The notes: generated from the sequence alone by a model not told the origin. A stretch of DNA of 64,000 bases from Thermoplasmata archaeon (GCA_034667725.1 JAXDQS010000001.1:173593-237592), one strand, 5' to 3'; counted from the stretch's first letter, positions 50,201 to 58,910 are shown. Made by a program: numbers and translations.

Positions 50201-52636
50201 CGTGTCCGGCTGGGGCCGGTGCGGATTCGCTTCCTGGGGCTCGACCTGGAGGCCGCCTTGCGCAGGCAGCTTGCCATCGGCTGCCCCGCCCGGCTGGCGC
50301 CTCTCGCGCCCTTGGCCGTGCGCCTGGATGGCGCCGTGCTGGAGGACAAGGCCATCCCGTTGGGCGTCGGCGTGCCCGCCTTGCCCATCGCGCTCGCCGG
50401 CGTCCAATGGAGCCTCAAGCGCAGGGACGGCTCGGCGGCCCCGGGCCAAGCCCTGCCGTCGCAGGCGCCGCAGGAGCAGTCCTACGGCATGCCGCTTCTG
50501 GCCGAGGACACGGCGCTTGCGCTGGAGGCCCAGGTCCGCCTCCAGGCCGGCGGCTTCGGCCCCATCCCCGTCCGCGAGGTGTCCCTGACCCTCCAGGCCG
50601 CGGTCACGGTGGCCGGCCTGGACGTCGGCAAGGCGTTGGGCGATGCCCTGCACATCCAGGCGCCTGCGTCTGTGGCTCCCGGCAAGCCGGTCGTCGCCCG
50701 GCTGGAGTCGCACCTCTTCCAGGCCACGGACGGCGCCACCGGCCTGCTCCCCGTGCCCGACGGCCCCGGCCTGCCCTTCGAGGTGCGGCGCGTGGACTGG
50801 ACCCTGGTCCCATCCAGCGGGCAGGCCCTCGCCGCCACGGGCGCGGGTCCCACGGTCCGGCAGGCCACGCTCGGCTCCCTGCTGCCCGAGGCCTCCACGG
50901 AGGCCATCGTCGGCGCCACCGTGATTGCCGCGGTCGCGGGCCAGGAGTTGGCGGCCCTCCGGCTGCCCCCTGTTCCCATCCAGTTGGGCGGCCTCGACCT
51001 GGTGCAGGCCGCCTTGGCGCAGCAGCTCCGCGTCGAGGTGCCGGCGACATCGCCCAAGATCGGGGACCACATCCAGGCGACCTTGACGGGGGCTGGCCTT
51101 GACTCCACCCCGGACGCGCTGGCCGGGACGCTCGGCGGCGACCTGCCGCTGCCGTTCAAGGTGTCCGCGGTCGCCTGGTCCTTGGAGCAGGCCGGCGGCG
51201 GCGCCGTCCCGGTGGCGACGGACCCCGAGCAGATGCGGACGCACACCTTCGACGCGCTGCTGCCGGACACCACGGTCCCCTGGTGGGTCCGGGCCAGCCT
51301 CACCGTGCAGGTGGACGGGCTGCGCGGCACGCCCGTCGAACGCCAGCTCGAGCTGCGGTCGCGGCCCCTGCGCATCCCTGGTGTGGACCTGGTGCGCGCC
51401 GCCGTGGTCGGCAAGCTCCGCCCGACCATCAAGGGAAACGAAGAGCCCGGCGGCTGGGTGGAGGTCGGCCTCGACGCCGACTTCCCGCTTCAGCCCAACG
51501 GCCCGAATCTGCGGGGAGTGAGGCTTGGAGTGGGGCGGCCGATGGTCGCCGGCCATCCCGTCGAGATTCTCGTGAGGCTGCAGGCCGGCGGTTCCGGGCT
51601 GGCTGGCGAACGCCCGTGCCTGGCCCGGTCCAAGGACAACCTAACATGGGAGCTCCTGTTCGCGCCGGAGGTGGCCATCCGGCCGGCCGGGCCCGCCACC
51701 CGCCCCGTGAAGGTACAGTTTGGTGTCTACATGCGCCACCCCCAGACGGGCGACGTTGTGACCTTGCACGTGGAACAGTCCGAGTCCATCGTGTTGGTTC
51801 CCCCGATCCAGTTGCCGGCGCTGGCGGCCGCCGTGGAGGAAGGCAAGATCGCCTGCATCGCGGTCCCCGACTACTACCGCTTTTGGCACGTGGACGGCTG
51901 GGAAAGCCTGGCGGACACCCTGAAGGCGGCCCGCAAGCAGGTCGAGGGGGTCCTTGAGGCCCTGCGGGCGAAAGGGGCGTCCACTTCCGACGTCGAGCCC
52001 TACTCGGTGACGGCGGAGGCCCTTCGCCTCATCCTGGACGCCAGCGGGGGCGCGGAGGCGTTCCGCTTCATGCGGAGAACCGGCGACATCTATTCCCACC
52101 CGGCCGACGAGGACATCAAGGCCGCCCAGAGTTGGCTGCTCGCCGTCCCGCAGTTCGGGGAAAGGATGGCCCTCGTGGCATTCACGCGCAGCACGTTCGG
52201 CATGACCACCCATGCCCAGATGGGCGGGGACATGGCAAGGGAGGTGGCGATGGCCCGGGGAAGTCCGTTCGACCTCTTGGAGCGCCTTGGCGAGTTGATG
52301 AAATCCCGCTACTTCTGGGACCGCTTCACGCGCCTGCCCAGCGCGCCGCCGGTCCTCATCCGCTACGACCTCCAGAACCCGGATGGCGTCTGGGAGGACG
52401 CACGGGCCCAGTTCGAGGCGGTGTACGCCGAGCCCCAGCCGCCCGTGCCGGCCGTCCGCCTGCTGCCGCCCCGCGGCTACCGCGCCGAATGGGACTTCAG
52501 GATGGGCGGCAAGAAGCGGGAGGGAAGCGCCGACCTGGCATCCGCTGGCAACCCGGACTTCCGGATGACCAAGGGCGGGTGGGACCGGCGTTTCATCGAC
52601 CAGTTGAACCTGTCGCCCCCCGAACCGGAGGCCTGA
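47291..52636 (+). CDS. Large (1781 aa) hypothetical repeat protein, no signal peptide or TM
   Basis: Pro/Ser-rich N-terminus. A run of 11-residue repeats follows (LAMLGEPIDRLAGV / MALLSEPTDRVAAT / LAMLSEPVDRVASA …; 33-nt period, ~48240-48560). Then six or more ~130-aa repeats share …LDAPATVPAG…LG…LPDG…PF[KE]V..V.W.L…. The ~230-aa C-terminus is non-repetitive. No family assignment is possible by eye. Confidence 0.55.
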   Translation: MPDLNPTNRRPQDLRSATGSPAAPSVPSTSAIPSPATPTVPSMPDSPTTPSIPIAPSSPLTPPSAPSGGTPSPPSPSGLLLAALQSATVTPSRVALKPGQPFAPQLQLPGAVLATTPAGPTALDVGAMAKVRWQAYPAKADGTPDYANPMPQRQATLVGPVHSRTPTFLFRPRILGDADPATATPAFVVAHLEAMADGLAVRHDIPIPVDLEPMATREVYGQLGRLFKVQVSAPAVPAGGILRASILPRGAEETEFVVKTASLQGKPILEVTGSVGLDGAMTALNAIAGRSAAPGAFALHDVATSIAILNDPAERVAATLAMLGEPIDRLAGVMALLSEPTDRVAATLAMLSEPVDRVASALALASLPVDKIADVAAVLLIPLDRIAGIIGLLSEPFEEVARALHLLGYPAEKVAQALAMLVEPVAGAVSVVSAFIGKGSGFDVDAGDLTRQATPVLGGASRLGDTAGTVGALLDTSDLRRRIASILASTDVKGQVRAMMQAPGFQERTRAILDDRGLPERLAAVLDNKDSMRRLRPLQQTGQGSDRGAAVLAGKGRLERMQAQAARDGVARGVQLPINVQVKNADFTKHLVRREDEDPVYKLTPRARQLPEVPGLVDEMQVADRLPDGVAAFEAGPLRLPFSIKGATWQLFRSPGERDELPASRYRFAEGTAGRNLVRSLQLGVPEADTVLRLVVKLQFGFDPNQVAAEGLPPLPDSWVALPDVPLRWLGADVLDLVAQQITLSAPATVPPGGPVPASLACPLFAQADPAATEVGGTATLGEGVPVPFKITNVQWRLLDTTGQERQRDAGRTGFAALAARLDAGLPSTDETCVLEASFRLQAGDGGLVPTTQGDAPLTLRTALRIEGVDVLGLLLSQISLDAPATVPAGATATLGVLSPLLPDGLPAGGATVRLAIAGGPGLPVQLADPVWEVKDEAGQAANLPVLPPQDTTRTVALSFEARPTGLPPTRVRLGPVRIRFLGLDLEAALRRQLAIGCPARLAPLAPLAVRLDGAVLEDKAIPLGVGVPALPIALAGVQWSLKRRDGSAAPGQALPSQAPQEQSYGMPLLAEDTALALEAQVRLQAGGFGPIPVREVSLTLQAAVTVAGLDVGKALGDALHIQAPASVAPGKPVVARLESHLFQATDGATGLLPVPDGPGLPFEVRRVDWTLVPSSGQALAATGAGPTVRQATLGSLLPEASTEAIVGATVIAAVAGQELAALRLPPVPIQLGGLDLVQAALAQQLRVEVPATSPKIGDHIQATLTGAGLDSTPDALAGTLGGDLPLPFKVSAVAWSLEQAGGGAVPVATDPEQMRTHTFDALLPDTTVPWWVRASLTVQVDGLRGTPVERQLELRSRPLRIPGVDLVRAAVVGKLRPTIKGNEEPGGWVEVGLDADFPLQPNGPNLRGVRLGVGRPMVAGHPVEILVRLQAGGSGLAGERPCLARSKDNLTWELLFAPEVAIRPAGPATRPVKVQFGVYMRHPQTGDVVTLHVEQSESIVLVPPIQLPALAAAVEEGKIACIAVPDYYRFWHVDGWESLADTLKAARKQVEGVLEALRAKGASTSDVEPYSVTAEALRLILDASGGAEAFRFMRRTGDIYSHPADEDIKAAQSWLLAVPQFGERMALVAFTRSTFGMTTHAQMGGDMAREVAMARGSPFDLLERLGELMKSRYFWDRFTRLPSAPPVLIRYDLQNPDGVWEDARAQFEAVYAEPQPPVPAVRLLPPRGYRAEWDFRMGGKKREGSADLASAGNPDFRMTKGGWDRRFIDQLNLSPPEPEA
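48240..48560 (+). repeat. 33-nt (11-codon) tandem periodic repeat inside the 1781-aa gene
   Basis: About nine or ten consecutive 11-aa units of consensus [LA]-[AL]-[ML]-L-[SG]-E-P-[VIT]-D-R-[VL]-A. Confidence 0.5.
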
Positions 52637-52645
52637 CGGCGGCAC

Positions 52646-53752
52646 TCACCCGCCCCAGCACGCCCGCAGCCCGTCCAAGCCGGCGTCCGTGCGCACGCCC
52701 TGCGCGTCGAGGTGCGCGCGCGCCGCCGCGAAGCCGGCCGCCCGCAGCCGCGCGATCAGCACGTCGCGGCGCGGCGGCGGCCCCAGCCGCTTCTGGAACA
52801 GATCGGGCTCGACCCAGAACGCGGGCGCGTCCGCCTCCTCGGTGAACAAGGCCAAGAGCGCGTCCGCCTCCTTCGGGCGGGCCAACTGCTTGCCCTCGCG
52901 CGCGGCGCGCATCGCGGCCACCAGGCCGGCGTCGTGCAGCGGGCCGCCCCACAGCGGCCCCGCCCACTTGCCGTCGGGGACCTCGTGCGCCGGCGCCATG
53001 CGGCCGAGGCCGTCGGCGTCCAGCACGGCGTTCCGGAGGCCGCGCAGCCCGTCGTCGGTGTCCTTCTTGCCCTCCTCGACGCGCGCCACCACGCGCATCC
53101 AGTGGCCCGAGGCGATGGAGAGCACGGGAGTCGCGACCCGCTCGAAGCGCGCCGCCGACCGCACCAGCGCGCCGCCCAGCACCCGCAGGCCCACCTCGGC
53201 GCGCCACGGCGCCGGGTGCAGGCCGTGGTGGGCGTCGTAGCGGCGGCGGCAGACGCGCGGGAACTTGCCGGCCAAGGCGCCGGTGTCGGTGGCGGTGGCG
53301 CACACCAAGGCGCCGACGCGGGCGGCGCGCATCGCGGCGTCCACGAACGGCATCGGGCTGCCGCAAGGATCCAGGTCGATGACGTCGAAGCGCTGCGTGG
53401 CCAGGAAGGCGTGCGCGTCGCCCTCGTGGATGCGCAGCCGGGCGCCGACGGGATGGGCACGCATGGCCGCGACGCCGCGCGGGTCGGCGTCGTTGGCGTG
53501 CACGATGATGGGCGCCTCGACCTCGCCGGTCAGGCGCAGGCTGCGCGCGCCGGTGCCCGCGAGCGCGTCGGCCACGTCGATCTCGCGCCCCCGCGCGCGG
53601 GCGAACGCCTCCACCAGCAGGACCGAGAGGTCGCGGTTGAGCGCCATGCCTGGGTTGTAGAACGGCTGTCCCTTGGCGCGCTCGCCCGGCTGGCGCGGCC
53701 CCTTCTGCAGGTTGGCGGGCGGCGGGAACAGGCGGGTGGCGCCCTCCATCAT
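52646..53752 (-). CDS. trm1: tRNA (guanine26-N2)-dimethyltransferase Trm1
   Basis: Trm1 motifs FYNPGMALNRDLSVL, …DALAGTGARSLR… and …VIDLDPCGSP…. ATG start at 53752 (MMEGATRLF…). The upstream part of the track ORF is unlikely to be coding. Confidence 0.8.
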   Translation of the reverse strand: MMEGATRLFPPPANLQKGPRQPGERAKGQPFYNPGMALNRDLSVLLVEAFARARGREIDVADALAGTGARSLRLTGEVEAPIIVHANDADPRGVAAMRAHPVGARLRIHEGDAHAFLATQRFDVIDLDPCGSPMPFVDAAMRAARVGALVCATATDTGALAGKFPRVCRRRYDAHHGLHPAPWRAEVGLRVLGGALVRSAARFERVATPVLSIASGHWMRVVARVEEGKKDTDDGLRGLRNAVLDADGLGRMAPAHEVPDGKWAGPLWGGPLHDAGLVAAMRAAREGKQLARPKEADALLALFTEEADAPAFWVEPDLFQKRLGPPPRRDVLIARLRAAGFAAARAHLDAQGVRTDAGLDGLRACWGG

Positions 53753-53783
53753 GCCGTCCACAAGGGGGCCACGACGAGGCGCG

Positions 53784-55724
53784 TTATCGGCTTGATGGCC
53801 TCCGCCGGGAGGGCTTCTTGGGTGGGGCGGAGTTGAGGTTTTCCAGACGCCCTTCGATGTCAGCAATCCAGTCTGCCTGCGGGCCGTGCAGGCGCTTTTC
53901 TGCGGCCAGCGACCGGAGCGTCTGGAGGTTCTCTTCCAGGAGGGTGCGGGTGCGTTCCCGATCAATGCCCGCCTTCCCGCCTTCGGCAAGCATGACGAAC
54001 CGCATTTTGGAGACCACGAGGTCCGTCTGCCATTGGGCGTTTGCCTGGTCTTTGGCGGCCAGTCGTTGCGCGATGGCGAGGCTGTCCTGGTAGGCCGTCA
54101 GGGCGGCCGGGAGGTTGCCTTGCGCTTGGAGGATGTCGCCGATTTTGTTGTGGCTGATGCTGAGGTCGCGTTGCCACTCGGTGTTGGCGGGGTCCTTGGC
54201 GGCCAGGGTTTGGCGAAGGGCGAGGCTGCCCTGGTAGGCCGTCAGGGCCGCCGGGAGGTTGCCCTGCGCCTGGTGGATGCCGCCGATCTTCTCGTGGCTG
54301 ACGCTGAGGTCACGTTGCGAGTCGGTGTTGGCGGGGTCCTTGGCGGCCAGGGTTTGGCGAAGGGCGAGGCTGTCCTGGTAGGCCGTCAGGGCCGCCAGGA
54401 GGTTGCCCTGCGCTTGGAGGATGTCGCCAATCTTCTCGTGGCTGATGCTGAGGTCGCGTTGCCACTGGGTGTTGGCAGGGTCCTTGGCGGCCAGTCGTTG
54501 CGCGATGGCGAGGCTGTCCTGGTAGGCCGTCAGGGCCGCCAGGAGGTTGCCCTGCGCCTGGTGGATGCCGCCGATGTTGTCGTGGCTGACGCTGAGGTCG
54601 CGTTGCCACTGGGTGTTGGCGGGGTCCTTGGCGGCCAGTCGTTGCGCGATGGCGAGGTTGTCCTGGTAGGCCGTCAGGGCCGCCGGGAGGTTGCCCTGCG
54701 CCTGGTGGATGCCGCCGATTTTGTTGTGGCTGACGCTAAGGCGGCGCAGCCAACCGTTGCCTCGGGCCTTGGCCACTGCCGTCTCCGCCACCGAAAAGGC
54801 TTCCCTATACGATGCCAAAGCCGCCATCGAATCACCTTGGCTGGCCAGGAGGCCCCCAAGCTCCTCGTGGGCAATCCAGACGGTTTCCGGTTCCCCAAGG
54901 CCCTCGGCAATCGTCAGGAGTTGCTGGTACTGCGCGGCAGCCTTGCCTGAGAGCCCGATGCGTCGCAGGAAGGCCCCGTACTCTTGCAGGAACGAGGGCG
55001 CCGGGAACGTCGCCACCGCCTTCGCGTAGGCCTCCTCCGCCAGGGTGAACTCGTGCTTGGCCAGATGTTCCCTTGCTTTTGCCTCCAAAACCTTCGCCGC
55101 CTGGAACTGGCGGTTCCCTTCGAGCTTGGCCGGGTCATGGACGACTAGGTCTTTGGAAGGATGTGCGACTGGGGCGATGTCGTTGGTCGGCGGGGCGGCC
55201 AACTCCCCGTCCGCCCTCTTGTCCAGCCAGTTGCAAAGACGCTTCCGAAGCTCGCCCGACCAGTCCTCCTCGCCTTGGTAGCGGGCGTAGAGGGTCTTCT
55301 GCTCCTTCTCAAGCCTCGCCTTGAAGACCAAGACCTTCTGAAGCTGCGGCCCGGCGTCCGCCAACTGGTCGTCCGGGACGCTGCGGAAGTAGACCAGGAT
55401 ATGCTTCCCCGCCTCCTTGGCGACGTGGAACTCCTCCTCGGTGCCGGACGAGAACTTGTCCGTCGGCGTCCCCCACCGCTTCCAGAACACCAGGACGCAG
55501 AGGTCGCACTCTCGCACGTCCTTGTTGATGAGATCCTGGGCGCGGGTGCCGTGGCCTGGAAGGGTGTCTTCCCATCCGATGCCCTCCAGGTGGAGGCCTA
55601 TGGGGTGGGCCTTCAGGCCGTTGACCTCCTCGATGACACGGGTGAATTGTTTCCGTTCCTCGGGGACGTCGTTGGGGGAGCCAATGAAGACGTGAAGAAC
55701 CTCGTACTGCTTGGGACGGGCCAC
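53784..55724 (-). CDS. DUF4062 (TIR/SLOG-like) N-terminal domain fused to an array of near-identical TPR-like repeats
   Basis: The N-terminus YEVLHVFIGSPNDVPEERKQFTRVIEEV…CDLCVLVFWKRWGT matches the DUF4062 pattern (VFISS..D…ER…, …CD.[FV][IV]). A 42-aa unit then repeats about six times (LAALTAYQDSLAIAQRLAAKDPANTQWQRDLSVSHDKIGGIHQAQGN). Confidence 0.7.
   Translation of the reverse strand: MARPKQYEVLHVFIGSPNDVPEERKQFTRVIEEVNGLKAHPIGLHLEGIGWEDTLPGHGTRAQDLINKDVRECDLCVLVFWKRWGTPTDKFSSGTEEEFHVAKEAGKHILVYFRSVPDDQLADAGPQLQKVLVFKARLEKEQKTLYARYQGEEDWSGELRKRLCNWLDKRADGELAAPPTNDIAPVAHPSKDLVVHDPAKLEGNRQFQAAKVLEAKAREHLAKHEFTLAEEAYAKAVATFPAPSFLQEYGAFLRRIGLSGKAAAQYQQLLTIAEGLGEPETVWIAHEELGGLLASQGDSMAALASYREAFSVAETAVAKARGNGWLRRLSVSHNKIGGIHQAQGNLPAALTAYQDNLAIAQRLAAKDPANTQWQRDLSVSHDNIGGIHQAQGNLLAALTAYQDSLAIAQRLAAKDPANTQWQRDLSISHEKIGDILQAQGNLLAALTAYQDSLALRQTLAAKDPANTDSQRDLSVSHEKIGGIHQAQGNLPAALTAYQGSLALRQTLAAKDPANTEWQRDLSISHNKIGDILQAQGNLPAALTAYQDSLAIAQRLAAKDQANAQWQTDLVVSKMRFVMLAEGGKAGIDRERTRTLLEENLQTLRSLAAEKRLHGPQADWIADIEGRLENLNSAPPKKPSRRRPSSR
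54040..54750 (+). repeat. 126-bp near-identical tandem direct repeats (~6 copies) encoding the TPR-like array
   Basis: GGTCCTTGGCGGCCAG[GGTTTGGCGAAGGGC/TCGTTGCGCGATGGC]GAGGCTGTCCTGGTAGGCCGTCAGGGCCGCC[A/G]GGAGGTTGCCCTGCGC…TGGCTGA[CT]GCTGAGGTC[AG]CGTTGC… recurs with only a few substitutions per copy. Confidence 0.7.
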
Positions 55725-55744
55725 ATTCCAACACGACTGGCTTC

Positions 55745-55755
55745 CCCTATATCGT
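55745..55755 (-). promoter_or_regulatory. Putative TATA box for the DUF4062-TPR gene (leaderless-type spacing)
   Basis: On the minus strand, CGATATAGGGG is centred ~27 nt upstream of ATG 55724 in a GC-rich background. Confidence 0.35.
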
Positions 55756-55813
55756 CGGATTGGCTAATGATGGGCCAAATGCCGTTTTCGATACGCACTC
55801 TCGCGAGCGCGCT

Positions 55814-56389
55814 TCATGGCGCCACCGCGGCCGGGCGCATGGACTCGGGGCCGGTGCAAGGCGGCCGCCCCGCGTCGAACGAGGTGCGAATCTCGCCCTT
55901 GGGCGGCGGATCAGGCCAACTGTGGAAGCGGCGGTGCCAGCGGTGGCCGCGCACCAGGTCGTGGAAGAACTTCTCGTGGTCCCACTCGACCTCGGCCATG
56001 CCCAAGAGCTCGTCGGCGAAGTCCGCGCGCTCGGCTTGCAGGGCGAGGCGGGCGGCGACCTCGTACTCCCAGATGTTGCGGCGCTCGATGCGGCCGGCGC
56101 CATACATCGGGACGTACCAGCCGCCGACGAAGCACGAGGCCGCGATGGCGGTGCCGACCGTCCCCATCCAGAGGTCGCGCGGCTTGCCGGGGCGGGCGCC
56201 GAGCTCGCGCATCATCTCGCCGACGCGGGCGCGGTGGGCGAGCTCCTCGCGCATGATGCGCTGGATGTCCACCTTCTGCCCCTTGTCGCGCACCGAGCGC
56301 CAATGGCCGGCGTAGGCGCGCGCCGCCGCCAGCTCGCCGGCGTAGGCCAGGCGGAGCCGGTGCACCAAGGCGTCCCGGGCGGCGGTCAT
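55814..56389 (-). CDS. Ferritin-like/rubrerythrin-family diiron-fold protein (hypothetical)
   Basis: 191 aa. Has LAYAGELAAARAYAGHW…IMREELAHRARVGEMMRELG… helical E..H pairs reminiscent of ferritin-like four-helix bundles. Family assignment is tentative. Confidence 0.45.
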   Translation of the reverse strand: MTAARDALVHRLRLAYAGELAAARAYAGHWRSVRDKGQKVDIQRIMREELAHRARVGEMMRELGARPGKPRDLWMGTVGTAIAASCFVGGWYVPMYGAGRIERRNIWEYEVAARLALQAERADFADELLGMAEVEWDHEKFFHDLVRGHRWHRRFHSWPDPPPKGEIRTSFDAGRPPCTGPESMRPAAVAP

Positions 56390-56422
56390 CCCGGGCTTGG
56401 GGGGCCTTCGCGCCGGAAAAGG

Positions 56423-56689
56423 CTACTGCCGCTCGTGCGGCCGGCCCTCGACGTCGATGACGTCCTCCCGTTGCTTGCGGGCGGACTGGGCGGCGGCCGC
56501 GCCGAACACCATGCCCCACCTGCGGACCTCGCGGCGCACCTTGCGCTTGACGTACCAGACGGCGAACAGGGCCAGCAGGAACAGGCCGAGGATGGTGCCG
56601 CCCACGATGGCGGCGACCACGCCGAGGCCGTTGAGGCCCCAGACGGCGATGACCACGATCAGGACAATGAGCAGCAGGACAGGCAGCAT
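56423..56689 (-). CDS. Small two-TM membrane protein
   Basis: 88 aa. Two hydrophobic helices (MLPVLLLIVLIVVIAVWGL…, ILGLFLLALFAVWYV) followed by a basic tail. Confidence 0.4.
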   Translation of the reverse strand: MLPVLLLIVLIVVIAVWGLNGLGVVAAIVGGTILGLFLLALFAVWYVKRKVRREVRRWGMVFGAAAAQSARKQREDVIDVEGRPHERQ

Positions 56690-56734
56690 CGGCTCAGGGC
56701 GTTGTGGCGGTCTTGGGTGATAGCGCTTGCGGGC

Positions 56735-56910
56735 TCAGGCGTGCAGGCGGCGGCCGCTGCGGAAGTGGCCGGTGAGCAGCCCGATGACGATGAGCGCGAC
56801 CACGACGATCAGGATGAGCTTGAGCGTGCCCGCGACGACGTTCATGAACAGCAGCGGGCCCATGAGGACCACGAGCAGGACGATCGCGAGGATCAGCAGC
56901 AAGGATGCCA
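56735..56910 (-). CDS. Small hydrophobic membrane protein (58 aa; below the ORF-track length cut-off)
   Basis: Manual translation gives MASLLLILAIVLLVVLMGPLLFMNVVAGTLKLILIVVVALIVIGLLTGHFRSGRRLHA*, two predicted TM helices. It lies adjacent to the other small membrane ORF. Confidence 0.3.
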
Positions 56911-56968
56911 TGATTCTTCTTCGGCGACGGCCCCAGTCAACCCTTTCCCACGGAAGGCGCGGCCCGCT

Positions 56969-57541
56969 TCAGTAATAGCTCGTCTGAAGGTGGTCCTTCA
57001 TGAGCTTCTCGATCTTGTAAGGCAGGAGGTTCTTGTTCACCGGCGTGACCTCCAGGATGCGCACGTCGTCGCGGCGCCGCAGGTCCTGCAGGAGCGGGTT
57101 GCGGCTTTTCTTGTGCAGCGTCATGATGACGGGCTTCGGGCAGTCCAGCGCCAGCTTTACGACGTCGTTGAACTTCTCGGAGTGCATCTCCATCTTGCCG
57201 ACCTCGTCGATGATGATGATGTCCACCTCCTCGTCCTGGATGGCGTCGCGCACCGCCTTGACCCCGATGCGGTCGAGCGGGTCCAAGTCCACGAAGTAGT
57301 CGCCGTCGTCGGTCTCGGCCTTGTACTTCGTCTTGAACTCCTTGGAGGCGAACACCTCCTTCTCGCCGGTGCGCCAGTCCTCGACGTAGAAGCCGATGCG
57401 GACGGTGCCGTCGCCGGGACGGTAGGCGCGCGTGATCATGCCGCCGACGATGAAGTCGTCGCGCTCGAGCTTGCGGCAGATGGCGGCCAGCGTCGCGGTC
57501 TTGCCCACGTTGGGAAGGCCCGTGATGCCGATCTTTGGCAT
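56969..57541 (-). CDS. THEP1-type nucleoside-triphosphatase (COG1618)
   Basis: Walker A GLPNVGKT (IGITGLPNVGKTATL), Walker B IIIIDEVGKME. The ~190-aa size and K-rich composition are typical of the archaeal THEP1 family. Confidence 0.8.
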   Translation of the reverse strand: MPKIGITGLPNVGKTATLAAICRKLERDDFIVGGMITRAYRPGDGTVRIGFYVEDWRTGEKEVFASKEFKTKYKAETDDGDYFVDLDPLDRIGVKAVRDAIQDEEVDIIIIDEVGKMEMHSEKFNDVVKLALDCPKPVIMTLHKKSRNPLLQDLRRRDDVRILEVTPVNKNLLPYKIEKLMKDHLQTSYY

Positions 57542-57627
57542 GGTCTCGAACAGTCGACGGTCCCCCGGCTACGCGGCGACGTATGGGCCCCTCATTGAAA
57601 AGGGGAACGTTGCCGCGACCCGTGCCC

Positions 57628-58486
57628 TCAGGCTGCCGCGACGATGCCGGGCTGGGCCAGCTGGAGCGCCGGCACGAGGCGGCCGGTGGGCGCGTAGCTC
57701 GGGCGGCCGTCCACCTTGGCGGCGTCCACGAGGCCCGCCTGCGCCAGCTTCGCCAGGTGCTTCGACACCGCGGCGGGCTGCAGGTCGAGCTCGGCGCACA
57801 CCGCGTTGTGGCGGATGCCCGGCTTGGCGGCCACGGCCGTCGCGATGCGCAGGGCGGTGCCGTTGCGGAGCGCTGCCAGGTCCTCGCGGGCGCGGGACTC
57901 GGGCGTGTTGGCGGCGTAGAGCAGCTTGCGCGGGCCCTGGCGGACGGACACCAGGTGGCCGGTGCCCTCCAGGCGGCGGACGTGGTGCACCAGCGTGCCC
58001 CAGGCAACGCCGACCAGCTCCTGCAGCTCCTTGAGGTGGAGGCCAGGGCGCGAAGTCACGGCGTCGAGGATGCGCTGGCGGGTCTGGTGCTCCAGCACGT
58101 CGTCCTTCTGGATGCGCGAGAACAGGCCGACGCCCGTGAAGCCGAGCGCCTTCAGGGCCATGATGCCGAGCAGGGCCAGGAGACCGAGGCCGGCGGCGCC
58201 GGTGGCGACCGCGACCACGGGGTCGACGCGGGGCGGCGCGCTCCGGGACTCAGGCACTTCGATGGGGAGCTCGGGCGCTTGGCTGGGCGCGAGGCCGTCG
58301 AGCGGGTCCACGCCGGTGCCGATCGGGCCGATGGGCGTGTCGGCGGCCACCGCGAGGCCGTCGGCGGTGGCTTGCAGGTCCCCGCCCACCTCGACCTGGG
58401 CAGCCAGGTCCGTCTGCGCCGCGGCCAGGCCGGCGACGGCAAGGAGGGCCAAGAGAGCGATGCTGGGCCAAGCTCGGAGCACCATG
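57628..58486 (-). CDS. Membrane-anchored winged-helix (HTH) transcriptional regulator
   Basis: N-terminal signal/TM (MVLRAWPSIALLALLAVAGLAAA), a ~90-aa extracytoplasmic segment, a second TM (AAGLGLLALLGIMALKALGFTGVGLF), then a cytoplasmic wHTH (QTRQRILDAVTSRPGLHLKELQELVGVAWGTLVHHVRRLEGTGHLV). Alternative ATG start at 58510. Confidence 0.55.
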
Positions 58487-58910
58487 GTTGTCCCTTCTTC
58501 CAGGGACATTGTTAAGGCTCTCGTTCCGGGGGTCCCCGCGGGCGTTTTTCCTCCTGTTCCGCGGCCCGATCGGGGCTTGGCCGGGGCTTGCGCGGCGGGG
58601 TGCCGGCCGGGCCGGAGGACAACCTTGGCGGGGCTCTTGGAACGAACGTGGAAACCATGGCGGGCACGGACATGACGCGGGGCGGATTCCGCGCACTTTC
58701 CCGCTCTGTCGCCTCGCTTTATCCCGCGCGCCGTCGAGCCAGGAGACAACCGGGGGCCCGCTTGCACCGCGGACCCCCGGCCCCATTGGCCCCGATCGTC
58801 CCAAAACGAGCCCAGCACCCCCGTGCCGGGTTCGATCCTCCTCTTTTCCTGCCCCAGGCATGACTCTGCCGGTCCATGCCGCCAAATACCTTCGCCGCGT
58901 AGGCCGCGCC

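Noticed and set aside
55747-56103. 118-aa and 141-aa minus-strand ORFs around 55309-56103
   Set aside because: They overlap the DUF4062-TPR gene start and the ferritin-like gene, and the translations are R/P/G-rich. No independent support.
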